Origin: Alphaproteobacteria bacterium
GTDB lineage: Bacteria > Pseudomonadota > Alphaproteobacteria > UBA11136
DNA: 64,000 bases
Direction of reading: 5' to 3'
Assembly (NCBI GenBank): GCA_016776635.1
Contig: JADHSZ010000004.1
Span: 16,777-80,776 of the forward strand
Part shown: piece by piece, positions 42,740 through 51,702 of the stretch
Position numbering within the stretch: position 1 is the first letter of the stretch
Layout of the letters: each line of letters opens with the position of its first letter
Made by a program: the position numbers and the translations under genes
Notes under the pieces: model-generated
The model's input: only the letters and a program-made list of their open reading frames with translations
Database searches by the model: none
What the model was told of the DNA's origin: nothing

Positions 42740-43174
42740 ATGATCAAGACTTTAATCACCGCATTTTCCTTCATCGTCCTTGTCGGCTCTTCGAGTATCG
42801 CCGCGGAAAGCCCTTAAAGGACTGTTGGCGGGCTCAACGAACAGTGGAACGCCGCCTTTAATTCCGGTGACGCAGAAACGCTGGCCAACCTCTATGCCAA
42901 TAACGGTCAGGTTGTGCCCTCCGGCAGCAATGCCGTCAACGGCAGCGAACAAATCCGCGCCTTTTTCCAGGCGGGGATAGATAAGGGACTGCACGATCAT
43001 CAAATCAGGATTCTACAAGTGCGGCGCGAAGGGAATCTGCTGATCCAGACCTCGCTCTGGTCAGCCAAAGCCCTAGCGGACGGAGAGACCAAGGTCTTCT
43101 CGGGCAATCTGGTCGCCATCCATAAACTCGGCGACGACGGAACATGGCGCATGATTCAGCACACCTGGAACTGA
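42740..43174 (+). pseudogene. SnoaL-like/DUF4440 (NTF2-fold) protein with signal peptide, interrupted by an in-frame TAA at 42815-42817
   Basis: MIKTLITAFSFIVLVGSSSIAAESP-stop-RTVGGLNEQWNAAFNSGDAETLANLYANNGQVV... continues in the same frame to 43174. Confidence 0.5.
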
Positions 43175-43218
43175 ATGCCGACAACAGGCCGATAGTGTGA
43201 AGAGAGCCGCCCCCACCC

Positions 43219-44607
43219 TTAAGGCGCGGAGCCGAGCACGAATTCCCCTATGGAGGTTTCGGTCCAGGGGCTGATGCCGGTGGCCTCGGCGAAGAGACGG
43301 GAATCCCCGGTGCCGGTGCCGCAGGGCGCGAGCCCCATATCGGCGGCCACCAGATACAACACCTCGGTCACCACCCCGGCATTGGTGAGGGTGGTACGAT
43401 AGGCCATGCCCTGGTATTTCCAGGCGAAGCGCGGCATACGGGTGGTAATCACGATTATCATGTCGGGGAACGGCCCCTCGGCCATACCCATGGCGGCTGA
43501 CGCGCGCCTGACGATTTTATCCACCACCTTTTCCGTCCCCTCCAGAGCCACCAGGGCATGGGCGAGACCGTCATAATGATAGAAAAGGGGTTCCATATCC
43601 GCCACCCGGCGCACCGCAATATAAAACTCCAACTCGTTGATAGAGCCGCCCGCGGGATAGGGCCGGGACAAAACATCCTGCAGAGAGCTTTCCTTCACCT
43701 CCTTGATCCGCGCCACGCGATAGAGAAATTCCCCAAGGGTTTCCAAATTCATGGGTTCGGGGCCGGATTCGCGCACCGACTTGCGGTTCTCCATGACGGA
43801 AAGCAGCGGATGGCTGTCGATGCTGCCGTCCTCGAGGTTGGGCTTGGGCAGGTCTATCACCGTCCCCGGCATGGTGGGTTTGAGTGCCGGGGCCGAGGGA
43901 AACGCATCCTTGAAACGGTAGGTGCCGCCGACAATGTCGGTTTCCGTATTGTTGCGGCTCCATTCATGAATCAGCCGGTCCTGAAATTCCCAACAGCGCC
44001 GGTCCAGGTCTTCTTCCTCCTCCGCCGGCTCCAGGAACCCCGCATAAAAGAGCAGTTCCCCCGGCCCACCGGCGGAAACGGGCTTTCCGGCCTCACCACC
44101 GCCATCGAAAAGAAATCCCGAGAAAGCCTTCGCCGCCCCAGGAAGAACCGTGATGCGGCAGGGGGTTTCGCCCGATTGCAGGACCATGTCTTCCCCGTCG
44201 CGGCGCAGATAGGCGAAGCGGGAAAAGCGCCATGCGTCTTTGGGAAGTCCTCCTGAATAAAAGGCGAAGGAATTGGAGGGGCTGACGGCCACCGCCAGGT
44301 CCTTGCCGTCGCGGCGCAGGACCAGTTCCAGCAGGCGCGGACGGCACATACGTTCGAGATAATAGGACAGTGCCTTTGCGGATTCCTCTCCGCCATCACC
44401 ATCTCCGGCGGCGAGTTTCCTTAAATGCTCAAGGGTTGCGCCATCACCGAACAGAGCCAGCAACGCCTCGGCAATACCTTCGGACTCGGGCTTGAAGCGC
44501 AGGGTTTTCCAGTCCGGAACCGTAATGGCGATATGATCGCCATCGCGCGCCACGGAGTCCACCTCCGCGCAGAACCGCCAGATAACTTCCGTTTTGGCCG
44601 ATGCCAT
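43219..44607 (-). CDS. SagB/ThcOx-type dehydrogenase (nitroreductase fold) with long N-terminal extension
   Basis: C-terminal approximately 200 aa: MENRKSVRES...PYPAGGSINELEFYIAVRRV...APCGTGTGDS fits the FMN-dependent SagB-type dehydrogenase pattern. Confidence 0.65.
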   Translation of the reverse strand: MASAKTEVIWRFCAEVDSVARDGDHIAITVPDWKTLRFKPESEGIAEALLALFGDGATLEHLRKLAAGDGDGGEESAKALSYYLERMCRPRLLELVLRRDGKDLAVAVSPSNSFAFYSGGLPKDAWRFSRFAYLRRDGEDMVLQSGETPCRITVLPGAAKAFSGFLFDGGGEAGKPVSAGGPGELLFYAGFLEPAEEEEDLDRRCWEFQDRLIHEWSRNNTETDIVGGTYRFKDAFPSAPALKPTMPGTVIDLPKPNLEDGSIDSHPLLSVMENRKSVRESGPEPMNLETLGEFLYRVARIKEVKESSLQDVLSRPYPAGGSINELEFYIAVRRVADMEPLFYHYDGLAHALVALEGTEKVVDKIVRRASAAMGMAEGPFPDMIIVITTRMPRFAWKYQGMAYRTTLTNAGVVTEVLYLVAADMGLAPCGTGTGDSRLFAEATGISPWTETSIGEFVLGSAP

Positions 44608-44625
44608 GCCGTCACCTCATCACTT

Positions 44626-45681
44626 TTAAAGAAAGAAGGGGATAGGATTGAGTTCGGATTCCTTGTTCGGCTTGTCGAGCCAGCCCATCTTCACCGGCAC
44701 GTCGTAAAGACGGCCCGGCGCGAACCGCGCCCAGAAATGCCGTATGCCGGGCACCACCACCCGGGCGCAGGAAAAATCAACTTCCGGCCGGGAGTGATCG
44801 AACACCAGCATTTCGAGTCCCTGTTCCTCGAATTTCCCGCGCGCGTAGTCCACATCATCGGCCAGGGTCGCGCCGTTAAAACTGGGCATATCCCCGAGGG
44901 CCACGGCGGGAAGCGCATCGGGCTTGAGATAAGTCTGGTTCTCCAGCGTGGCGGTGCGGAACCAGTCGGCAATGGCCCCCTCGGGCTCGGTATCCCCTTC
45001 CTCGGCTTCGAGGAATCCGGTTTCCAGTTCCAGCATCTGGTTCAATTCACTGTAAGCCCGGTTCAAGGCCACCAGGGGGTCGAGATGGGCGCCCAGCCCG
45101 AACATAATGCTCTTCCCGTCACGATGGCCCACGGCGATAATCACCGGAATGCCGAAATCCTGGGTCAGGTCGAGGGCGTAAAAGGCAAGCCCCAACTCTC
45201 CGTAATGGCGCTCCATGCGCCGCAGGAACGGCAACTCCACCGAAGAGGCGTCCTCGGTGAGCACCGGGCGTTCGCGGATTTCCAGTTCACTGGTGACCTC
45301 CCAGCGGTTGCCGGGCAGCGGGCGGGCGGCGAACTGGCGGGTGAAGCGGGCCTCGTGGGTGACCAAGCCGAGGCCGCCCAGGAGGTCGATCCCGAACCAC
45401 TCGCCGCCTTCCTTGGCGTGCCAGCGGTACCAGGCCTCGAACAGGGCGAACTGATCTCTGCGCAACACCCAGCGCACGGAAATCCGGCTCGGCACGCTCG
45501 TGAACCGACGCCGCTGCCGCGCCGGTCCCGCTTCCATCTCGGTGCGCAGAATGGCCTCGCCGGGATGGACGCCGTAGCCCTCGATGGAGGGCAACGGCAG
45601 GGTGGCGGGCCAGGAGATAGACACGGGGGATCCTTGTATTCCATGGACATCAATCCATATATGAGCTACAATGTAGCCCAT
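44626..45681 (-). CDS. Chimeric ORF: gpM-like phage minor tail protein (N-terminal approximately 140 aa) fused in frame to the C-terminal half of a YcaO-domain protein (truncated YcaO)
   Basis: N-terminus WPATLPLP...AKEGGEWFGIDLL...RWEVTSELEIRE is shared with repeats at 46235-46540 and 47151-47385. C-terminus has YcaO-like DLTQDFGIPVIIAV, GLGAHLDPLVALNRAYSELNQ, ARVVVPGIRHFWARF and terminal NPIPFF. Confidence 0.5.
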   Translation of the reverse strand: MGYIVAHIWIDVHGIQGSPVSISWPATLPLPSIEGYGVHPGEAILRTEMEAGPARQRRRFTSVPSRISVRWVLRRDQFALFEAWYRWHAKEGGEWFGIDLLGGLGLVTHEARFTRQFAARPLPGNRWEVTSELEIRERPVLTEDASSVELPFLRRMERHYGELGLAFYALDLTQDFGIPVIIAVGHRDGKSIMFGLGAHLDPLVALNRAYSELNQMLELETGFLEAEEGDTEPEGAIADWFRTATLENQTYLKPDALPAVALGDMPSFNGATLADDVDYARGKFEEQGLEMLVFDHSRPEVDFSCARVVVPGIRHFWARFAPGRLYDVPVKMGWLDKPNKESELNPIPFFL

Positions 45682-45683
45682 AT

Positions 45684-45956
45684 ATGGAGGTTCAAATCAT
45701 GAGCACCGTTGTTCGCGCACGCATCGACGAGAAGGTGAAGGACGATGCCGCCGCCGTGCTGGCTTCGATCGGGCTCACCGTTTCCGACGCCTTCAGGTTG
45801 ATGATGGTGCGCATCGCCACCGAAAAGCGGCTGCCTTTCGAACCGCTGGTACCCAATGCTGAAACCATCGAGGCCATGAAGGCGGCGCGGCGCGGCGACG
45901 TGATCACCGTCGGCGACGTAGAAGACCTGATGGCCGACCTGCATGCGGACGATTAG
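45684..45956 (+). CDS. RelB/DinJ-family antitoxin
   Basis: About 85 aa. RARIDEKVKDDAAAVLASIGLTVSDAFRLMMVRIATEKRLPF is typical of DinJ. Confidence 0.75.
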   Translation: MEVQIMSTVVRARIDEKVKDDAAAVLASIGLTVSDAFRLMMVRIATEKRLPFEPLVPNAETIEAMKAARRGDVITVGDVEDLMADLHADD

Positions 45957-46224
45957 ACGCACCGGAGCCTTCAAGCGCGACTATAAGCGCGAGAATAAGG
46001 GCCGGCACGGCAAGACGCTCGACGCTGGCCTGTCGAAGGTAGTGGCCATGCTGGTTGCCGATGAGCCGCTGCCAAAGCGTTACCACGACCATTCTCTGGC
46101 CGGGGAATGGAAGGACCACCGGGACTGCCATATTAGGCCCGACTTGGTGCTGATCTACCGCAAGCCGGACGCCGAAAACCTCGATCTGGTACGCCTCGGC
46201 TCACACGGCGAACTTGGCCTATGA
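45943..46224 (+). CDS. YafQ/RelE-family toxin (mRNA interferase)
   Basis: 93 aa. FKRDYKRENKG...LAGEWKDHRDCHIRPDLVLIYR. Overlaps the antitoxin stop. Confidence 0.75.
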   Translation: MRTIRRTGAFKRDYKRENKGRHGKTLDAGLSKVVAMLVADEPLPKRYHDHSLAGEWKDHRDCHIRPDLVLIYRKPDAENLDLVRLGSHGELGL

Positions 46225-46240
46225 CCTTTTCTCGCTACCG

Positions 46241-46540
46241 ATACGCCCCCGCCGCCGGGTTAAGACCGTAGCGGCGCTCCAGGGTCAGCACCAAGCCCTC
46301 GCCGCCTTCCTTGGCGCGCCAGCGGCGCCAGGCCTCGAACAGGGCGAACTGGTCCTGGCGCAACACCCAGCGCACGGAGATGCGGCTCGGCACCTGGGTA
46401 TAGCGTCTGCGCTGCCGCGCCGGCCCGGCTTCCATCTCGGTGCGCGGAATGGCCTCGCCGGGATAGACGCCGTAGCCGTCGATGGTGGGCAGCGGCAAGG
46501 TGGCGGGCCAGGTGATGGGCGTGGGATTGTTCAACTCCAT
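46241..46540 (-). repeat. Junction repeat B: gpM 5' part fused to tape-measure 3' end (...AKEGGEGLVLTLERRYGLNPAAGAYR*)
   Basis: About 85-90% DNA identity to 45401-45640 and 47155-47385. Ends with the same about 45 bp as the tape-measure 3' end (47991-48050). Confidence 0.7.
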
Positions 46541-46605
46541 CCCTCTAGATCATATACGGCAATGCCGTATGTTTTTCTTGTGATGTATCCGGCAATGCCG
46601 TATGA

Positions 46606-46887
46606 TTGCGTATGCAGATCGAATTTGACCTCGACAAGGACGCGGCCAACCAAGCCAAGCACCAGGTTTCACTTTCCTTTGGCGCTCGAGTGCTGGCGGA
46701 TACCAACCGGTTGGATGTTCTTGATGTGCGGTTTGACTATGCCGAAGAACGCTTCGTTTCCTATGGCATGGTCGATAAGCGGATTTGGGTCTGTGTATTC
46801 ACCCCGCGCGGCGACATGTACCGCGTTATCAGTGTGAGGAAAGCCAATGACCGCGAAACACAAAGATACCACGACACCCCCCGGTGA
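46606..46887 (+). CDS. BrnT-family toxin (DUF497)
   Basis: 93 aa. FDLDKDAANQAKHQVSLSFGARVLAD...RFVSYGMVDKRIWVCVFTPRGDMYRVISVRKANDRE. Confidence 0.7.
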   Translation: MRMQIEFDLDKDAANQAKHQVSLSFGARVLADTNRLDVLDVRFDYAEERFVSYGMVDKRIWVCVFTPRGDMYRVISVRKANDRETQRYHDTPR

Positions 46888-47137
46888 ACCGGATGCCGAC
46901 GCGCCGCTCACTGACGACGAATTCCAGCGGGGATACACCGCAATGCTGGCCCGTCGAACTCGTGCTGAAACCGGCCTTTCACAGCGGGCTTTTGCCGAGC
47001 GCTACGGCATTCCAGTGGCCTCTTTAAGAGACTGGGAACAGGGCCGCCGGACGCCCGACAATGCCACGCAAAGCTACCTGCGAGTTATCGCCAAAATGCC
47101 TGACGATGTGGCAAAGGTTCTGCACGACGCAGCCTGA
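46847..47137 (+). CDS. BrnA-family antitoxin (HTH)
   Basis: 96 aa. LSQRAFAERYGIPVASLRDWEQGRRTPDNATQSYLRVIAKMPD. Overlaps the BrnT 3' end. Confidence 0.7.
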   Translation: MTAKHKDTTTPPGEPDADAPLTDDEFQRGYTAMLARRTRAETGLSQRAFAERYGIPVASLRDWEQGRRTPDNATQSYLRVIAKMPDDVAKVLHDAA

Positions 47138-47154
47138 CGTTTCTTAATGCTCAA

Positions 47155-47385
47155 TCAATAACTCCCCGCCGCCGGGTTGAGACCGTAGCGGCGCTCCAGG
47201 GTGGGAGCCAGTCCCTCGCCGCCTTCCTTGGCGCGCCAGCGGCGCCAGGCCTCGAACAAGGCGAACTGGTCCCGGCGCAGGACCCAGCGCGCGGAGATGC
47301 GGCTCGGCGCCTGGGTGTAGCGCCGTCGATGGTGGGCAGCGGCAGGGTGGCGGGCCAGGAGATGGTCATGGGATTGCTAAATCCA
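47155..47385 (-). repeat. Junction repeat C: gpM 5' part with internal roughly 75-bp deletion/frameshift plus tape-measure-3'-end-like terminus
   Basis: caataactccccgccgccgggttgagaccgtagcggcgctccagggtgggagccag... is the same start as the tape-measure end at 47991. Encodes MTISWPATLPLPTIDG... out of frame. Confidence 0.65.
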
Positions 47386-47442
47386 AGGGAAAATGGCATT
47401 CTTTGCCAAATTATGCCATAACCACCAAGACTGGAGGCGCCT

Positions 47443-47676
47443 ATGGCCACGATGAATGTTTCTCTGCCAGATCCCATGCGGGAATGGGTGGAAAGCCAGA
47501 TAAAGGGCGGCAAATACGCCAATGCCAGCGATTATATTCGTGATCTCATCCGTCACGATCAGCGTCGCCTTCATGATTTAACGGCAGCGATTACCGAGGG
47601 CATGGAGAGCGGGCGCAGCCCGCGCAAGGCGGAGGACGTCATGAAGGCAGCCAAGACCCGGCTGCAAAATGGCTGA
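47443..47676 (+). CDS. ParD/CopG-family (RHH) antitoxin
   Basis: 77 aa. MATMNVSLPDPMREWVESQIKGGKYANASDYIRDLIR. Confidence 0.75.
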   Translation: MATMNVSLPDPMREWVESQIKGGKYANASDYIRDLIRHDQRRLHDLTAAITEGMESGRSPRKAEDVMKAAKTRLQNG

Positions 47677-47983
47677 CTACGTCCTTTCCAACAAAGCCGA
47701 TGCCGATCTTGACGGGATCTATGTCTATTCGTACCGGACCTTCGGCGAGGCCAAGGCCGATGTCTATTTTCTTGGCCTATGCGACGGCCTGAAAAGGCTG
47801 GCGGCCAACCCTCGCCATGGCCGTTCCCTTGACCATGTCTGGCCAGGGTTGTTCTGTGATCGTTGCGCTCGCCACATCATCTTCTACACGATCGAAGAGG
47901 ACGGCATATTCGTTGTGCGTATTTTGCACGATTCCATGGACGCCTCGCGCCACATTGATTTGGAAGAAATGGACAGTAACTGA
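47669..47983 (+). CDS. ParE/RelE-family toxin
   Basis: 104 aa. Overlaps the ParD stop. Typical ParE length and RelE/ParE-fold context. Confidence 0.7.
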   Translation: MADYVLSNKADADLDGIYVYSYRTFGEAKADVYFLGLCDGLKRLAANPRHGRSLDHVWPGLFCDRCARHIIFYTIEEDGIFVVRILHDSMDASRHIDLEEMDSN

Positions 47984-47989
47984 TCGTCA

Positions 47990-50899
47990 TCAATAACTCC
48001 CCGCCGCCGGGTTGAGGCCGTAGCGGCGCTCCAGGGTGGGAGCCAGCCCCTCGCCACGCCCGATGTTGCGGGAAAGCCGTCCCTCCACCTTCTCAACCAC
48101 GATGTCCAGGCCGAGGTTGCCGTTGCCGTCCCGGCGTGTTTGAACCTTGGCTTCCGTTCCCGGCGCCCGGTTGTCCACGTTGACGGTAACCTTGACCTCT
48201 GGTTTTTCCCCCAGTCCCGCGCCCAGCACCCGCATCTGGCCGGGCGTGAACACGGTCTCGCCGCGCGTGGCGATGATGGGGACCTCGGAACCGATGACAC
48301 CGCCGGAATGAAACCGGGGGGCGGAATCGAACACCGCCGGATCAACGGAACGGGCGGCAAGATGGTCGCTCCCAATGACGCCGCCGGCATGGGCGATCTG
48401 TACCGGCCCGCCGCCGGCGTCTTGAATGGTCCCGCTACCCCCGAACAGACTACTGCCGATGGAGCCGAACACGTTCTCCAGGAGGCCGCTGAAGGGCTTG
48501 ATGACGGCCATGCGGTAAGCGGCGCGCAGCGCCTCCTCGGCGATGGTGTTGAACAGGTCGGCGGCGCTGAACTTGCCGGTGGCCGCCCATTGGACGAAGG
48601 CGTCCTCGCCGGCCTTCAACGACCGGGTCGTGACCTGTTCGAACTGCTTGGCGGCATTGGACGCCTCGTCGGCGTAATCGCGCAGGGCCCGGATCACGCC
48701 CGCCGACCATTCCCGGCTGGCCCGCAGCATGCGGTCATGGGCGTTCTCGGAGGCCCGTGCGAAGGTCTCCTGGGCAATCGCTCCCTCGTCCAGCAGCCGG
48801 TTTAAATCCGCGATCTCGGCCTTGTAGGCTTCCTCCGCGGTGCGGAGGCTTTCCGTGAGGGCGCGGCCCTTCTCCTTGAGCTTGGCGGCATCGGTCTCGG
48901 CTTTGTTGCGGGCCTCCATGGCCTGTTGCTCGTCGAACAGGGCGCCGGCCAGTTCCCGCACCTGGCTCCGCTCGGCATCGGCCGCCTCCGCCGAGAGTCT
49001 CCGTAATGCCTGGGAGACGAACCGCTGCCGGTCGGTCATGGCGAGCGCGTCATGCTCGGCTCGAAGCCCTTCGATGATCTTGCGGTTGGCTTCCGTGATC
49101 CGCTCAGTTGTCTCCTGTTCCCTTGCCGCCAATCTCGCCAGCTTGGCGTCGCGGACCGCCGCCGCTTGGGTTCTCAGGGCATCCACTTGGGCTTGGTTGC
49201 TTTCGTCCGGGGCCAGCAACGCCTCCACGTCCTTGGCCAGCCGTTCGTACTCGGCCCGGATGCGGTCGGCCCCATCATGGGTCAGGGTGAACAGTTGCCG
49301 CTGCAAGTCCTTCTCAATTTGCGCGACCCGCTTGGCCCGGTCCTGAGCCGCCTTGATGTCCACTTCGACGGAACCGGAGGGGCCGCTGGGCTTGATCGCC
49401 GGGCCAGGCTTGCCTTCCTTGTCCCTCTGCATCCACGCCAGCTTTGCCGCCCATTGCCGGTAGACGGTTGTCTTTTCCTCCAGCTGGCGTTCCAGGGCCA
49501 CCTTGCGGCCCCAATCGAGTGCGTCGTCCAGGAACCCGACGTCGCCCAGTTCCTTCAGTTCATGGGCGATCTCCCGGAGCTCGGCGCGGCGTTCCTCGAC
49601 GATTGCCCGGGTGCTCCCGAGGCTCAAACCTTCGAAGTCGTAATCCCCTCCGGCCAGGAGCTTGAGTTGTTCGTAGGCGACGCCGGCCTGGCCGGCGAGT
49701 CCGGCAAGATCCTTGACCGCGGCGGCGACGCCGGGCGCCAGGTCCTCGCCGATGGACCGCGCGAGGGATTTGATGTTGTTCCACATCAATTCCGTCTGGT
49801 TGTTCAGGCTTTCGAAGGCTTTCGCCGCTTCCTCGTTCAATGCGGTGGCGTTTTGGGTCTCGCGGTTGGCAAGCTCGAGAGCTTGGGCCAGCAGGTCGGC
49901 GCGGTTCGCCAACACCGGGATGGTCTTGAGCAGACGCTGGTCAGCCAGGCCCAATGCCGCCATGGCGTCCGCCGTCGAACCGCCGGCGTCGCTGACCCGC
50001 TTCAGCCCCTCGATGAACAGGACAAAAGCCGCCGTGGAATCCTTTTGGAATAAATCCTTGATCTCTTCGCCGGTCCTGCCGGTGATCTTCGTGAGGATGT
50101 CCAGATGCTCCCCTCCGCTACGGACGGCGGCGTCCATCATGCGCATAACCCGTCCGATGGAGGTGCCCGCCACCTCCGACTTGACGCCGACGGCGGCCAG
50201 CGCAGCGGCCAGAGCCGTGGCCTGGGCGGAACTCACCCCGAAGACGGCGGCGCCGCGGGCGATCTCCGTGGCCATGTCGGCGATCTGTCTTTCCGTGGCG
50301 GCGAAGTTGTTGCCCAGCGCGACGATCACCGAGCCCAGCACATCGACCTTGCCCATGGCCTCGCCGGTGATATTGAGAATGCGCGCCAAGGCCATGGCCG
50401 CGTCATTGCCGCTGAGGTCCGTCGCCGTGCCCAGCTTGGCGACGGTCTCGGTAAACTTCAGGATGTTGGACGCCCCCTTCACCCCGAGCTGACCGGCGCT
50501 CTGGGCGATGGCCAGCAACTCGTCGGTGGCCACGGGCAAGCGTTTGGAAAGGGCGTCGATGTCCTTACCGAGGGACGCCAGTTCGCTCCCGGACAGGTTC
50601 GCGGTCTTGCCGACGCCGATCAGCCCGGCCTCGAAATCGGCGTACAGCTTCACCATCTCGTGCAAGCCGCGGACGGCCCCGCCGGCGGCGATCACCCCGT
50701 AAAGGAGCTTCATGCGCCGGCCCAGGGATTGAGCGCGGTCGGAGAGCCTGGAGAGCCCCCGGGACGCTTTGCCTCCCGCCGTCTCGATCTTCTTGAGGGA
50801 CCTGTCGCCGGTCCGGCCCACATCCTTGAGCTCGGCCTTGACCTTGCCGCCGCCGTCTACCGTGAGGCGGATGGCGTAGGTGTGTTTGGCCCTGGCCAT
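47990..50899 (-). CDS. Phage tail tape measure protein
   Basis: 969 aa, Ala/Glu-rich coiled-coil throughout. Lies downstream of the G/GT chaperones. C-terminus ...GEGLAPTLERRYGLNPAAGSY is shared with the junction repeats. Confidence 0.85.
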   Translation of the reverse strand: MARAKHTYAIRLTVDGGGKVKAELKDVGRTGDRSLKKIETAGGKASRGLSRLSDRAQSLGRRMKLLYGVIAAGGAVRGLHEMVKLYADFEAGLIGVGKTANLSGSELASLGKDIDALSKRLPVATDELLAIAQSAGQLGVKGASNILKFTETVAKLGTATDLSGNDAAMALARILNITGEAMGKVDVLGSVIVALGNNFAATERQIADMATEIARGAAVFGVSSAQATALAAALAAVGVKSEVAGTSIGRVMRMMDAAVRSGGEHLDILTKITGRTGEEIKDLFQKDSTAAFVLFIEGLKRVSDAGGSTADAMAALGLADQRLLKTIPVLANRADLLAQALELANRETQNATALNEEAAKAFESLNNQTELMWNNIKSLARSIGEDLAPGVAAAVKDLAGLAGQAGVAYEQLKLLAGGDYDFEGLSLGSTRAIVEERRAELREIAHELKELGDVGFLDDALDWGRKVALERQLEEKTTVYRQWAAKLAWMQRDKEGKPGPAIKPSGPSGSVEVDIKAAQDRAKRVAQIEKDLQRQLFTLTHDGADRIRAEYERLAKDVEALLAPDESNQAQVDALRTQAAAVRDAKLARLAAREQETTERITEANRKIIEGLRAEHDALAMTDRQRFVSQALRRLSAEAADAERSQVRELAGALFDEQQAMEARNKAETDAAKLKEKGRALTESLRTAEEAYKAEIADLNRLLDEGAIAQETFARASENAHDRMLRASREWSAGVIRALRDYADEASNAAKQFEQVTTRSLKAGEDAFVQWAATGKFSAADLFNTIAEEALRAAYRMAVIKPFSGLLENVFGSIGSSLFGGSGTIQDAGGGPVQIAHAGGVIGSDHLAARSVDPAVFDSAPRFHSGGVIGSEVPIIATRGETVFTPGQMRVLGAGLGEKPEVKVTVNVDNRAPGTEAKVQTRRDGNGNLGLDIVVEKVEGRLSRNIGRGEGLAPTLERRYGLNPAAGSY

Positions 50900-50902
50900 C
50901 GG

Positions 50903-51307
50903 TCAGTCCGTGTCCATTGTTTTTGTCCCTGTCGTGCCTTCGGCACTCCTCGCCTCTTGGTCATTCATCGCCTCGACCAGCCCGTTCTCCGCCGCCTGCA
51001 GGAGTTCCGAGACCACGGCCAGGTCCAGACCTCGCGCCTCGGCGATTCTCAAGGCGGCGGTCATGTTGATGCCCACCACGAGGCCCGACGGCGCCAGGCG
51101 CAACTGCCCGAGGCAGGCCATGAGCACGTCCCAGGCCTGGTGTTCTTCCGGTGTCCGAAGTGCATGTTCACGGTAGGGGCAGCGTTCACCGCTTGCGCCT
51201 ATCCCGCCTTGCGCGCAGGCCGCGCTTTCGTCCCGGCATCCTTGGCAGTATCCGGGCCCTCCGCCTGGCTTGAAGTGCCAGAGGCAGAGAGCCCTGATGC
51301 GTTTTTT
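50903..51307 (-). CDS. -1 frame extension giving a gpGT-like fusion chaperone (programmed translational frameshift)
   Basis: Slippery heptamer A AAA AAC at 51307-51301 (minus strand) in the zero frame of the G gene. The -1 frame is open to 50903 (KKRIRALCLWHFKPGGG...GTKTMDTD), ending 4 nt before the tape-measure start. Confidence 0.6.
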   Translation of the reverse strand, partial: KKRIRALCLWHFKPGGGPGYCQGCRDESAACAQGGIGASGERCPYREHALRTPEEHQAWDVLMACLGQLRLAPSGLVVGINMTAALRIAEARGLDLAVVSELLQAAENGLVEAMNDQEARSAEGTTGTKTMDTD

Positions 51308-51702
51308 GCGGCGTTGAGCAGCATCTGCTGGAGGGTTAGCTTCTGCAGGAACTGCTCGCCCACGGGATACAGGTCCATCACGGCGATGATGTTGTCGCGG
51401 TTGACCGGGGGATCGTCCTCGATGCCGGTCCAGGCGGTGACATGCCGCGCCGCCAGTTCGTAGACGACCTGGCATTGCAGGAACCCGTCCCGCTCTCCTT
51501 CGTTATCCAAGTCTGGAAGGCCGTCCAGCGGCAGGCCGGATTCCTTGCGGTCGCGGGCCTGGGATTCAACGGCCTCGACCCGCCGCCGCGCCGCCGCTTG
51601 GGCCGCCGCCATGCTTGCCGTGGTCAGCGGCTTGACCGTCACCGTGACGCCATAGGGCAGATCGATGTCGTAGGGTTTTGTCTGTTGCTTGAGGGAGATC
51701 AT
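51199..51702 (-). CDS. Phage tail assembly chaperone (lambda gpG analogue)
   Basis: 167 aa, immediately upstream of the tape measure. Contains slippery A_AAA_AAC at codons 132-134. Confidence 0.65.
   Translation of the reverse strand: MISLKQQTKPYDIDLPYGVTVTVKPLTTASMAAAQAAARRRVEAVESQARDRKESGLPLDGLPDLDNEGERDGFLQCQVVYELAARHVTAWTGIEDDPPVNRDNIIAVMDLYPVGEQFLQKLTLQQMLLNAAKNASGLSASGTSSQAEGPDTAKDAGTKARPARKAG

Noticed and set aside
44626-45681. Reading the 351-aa ORF as one native protein
   Set aside because: Its first roughly 90 codons are repeated twice downstream as fragments, and its C-terminal half has YcaO C-terminal motifs without the N-terminal half. A chimera is the simpler explanation.
50105-51463. 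452-aa plus-strand ORF
   Set aside because: Antisense to the tape measure and G/GT genes, which have strong phage synteny and a conserved frameshift site.
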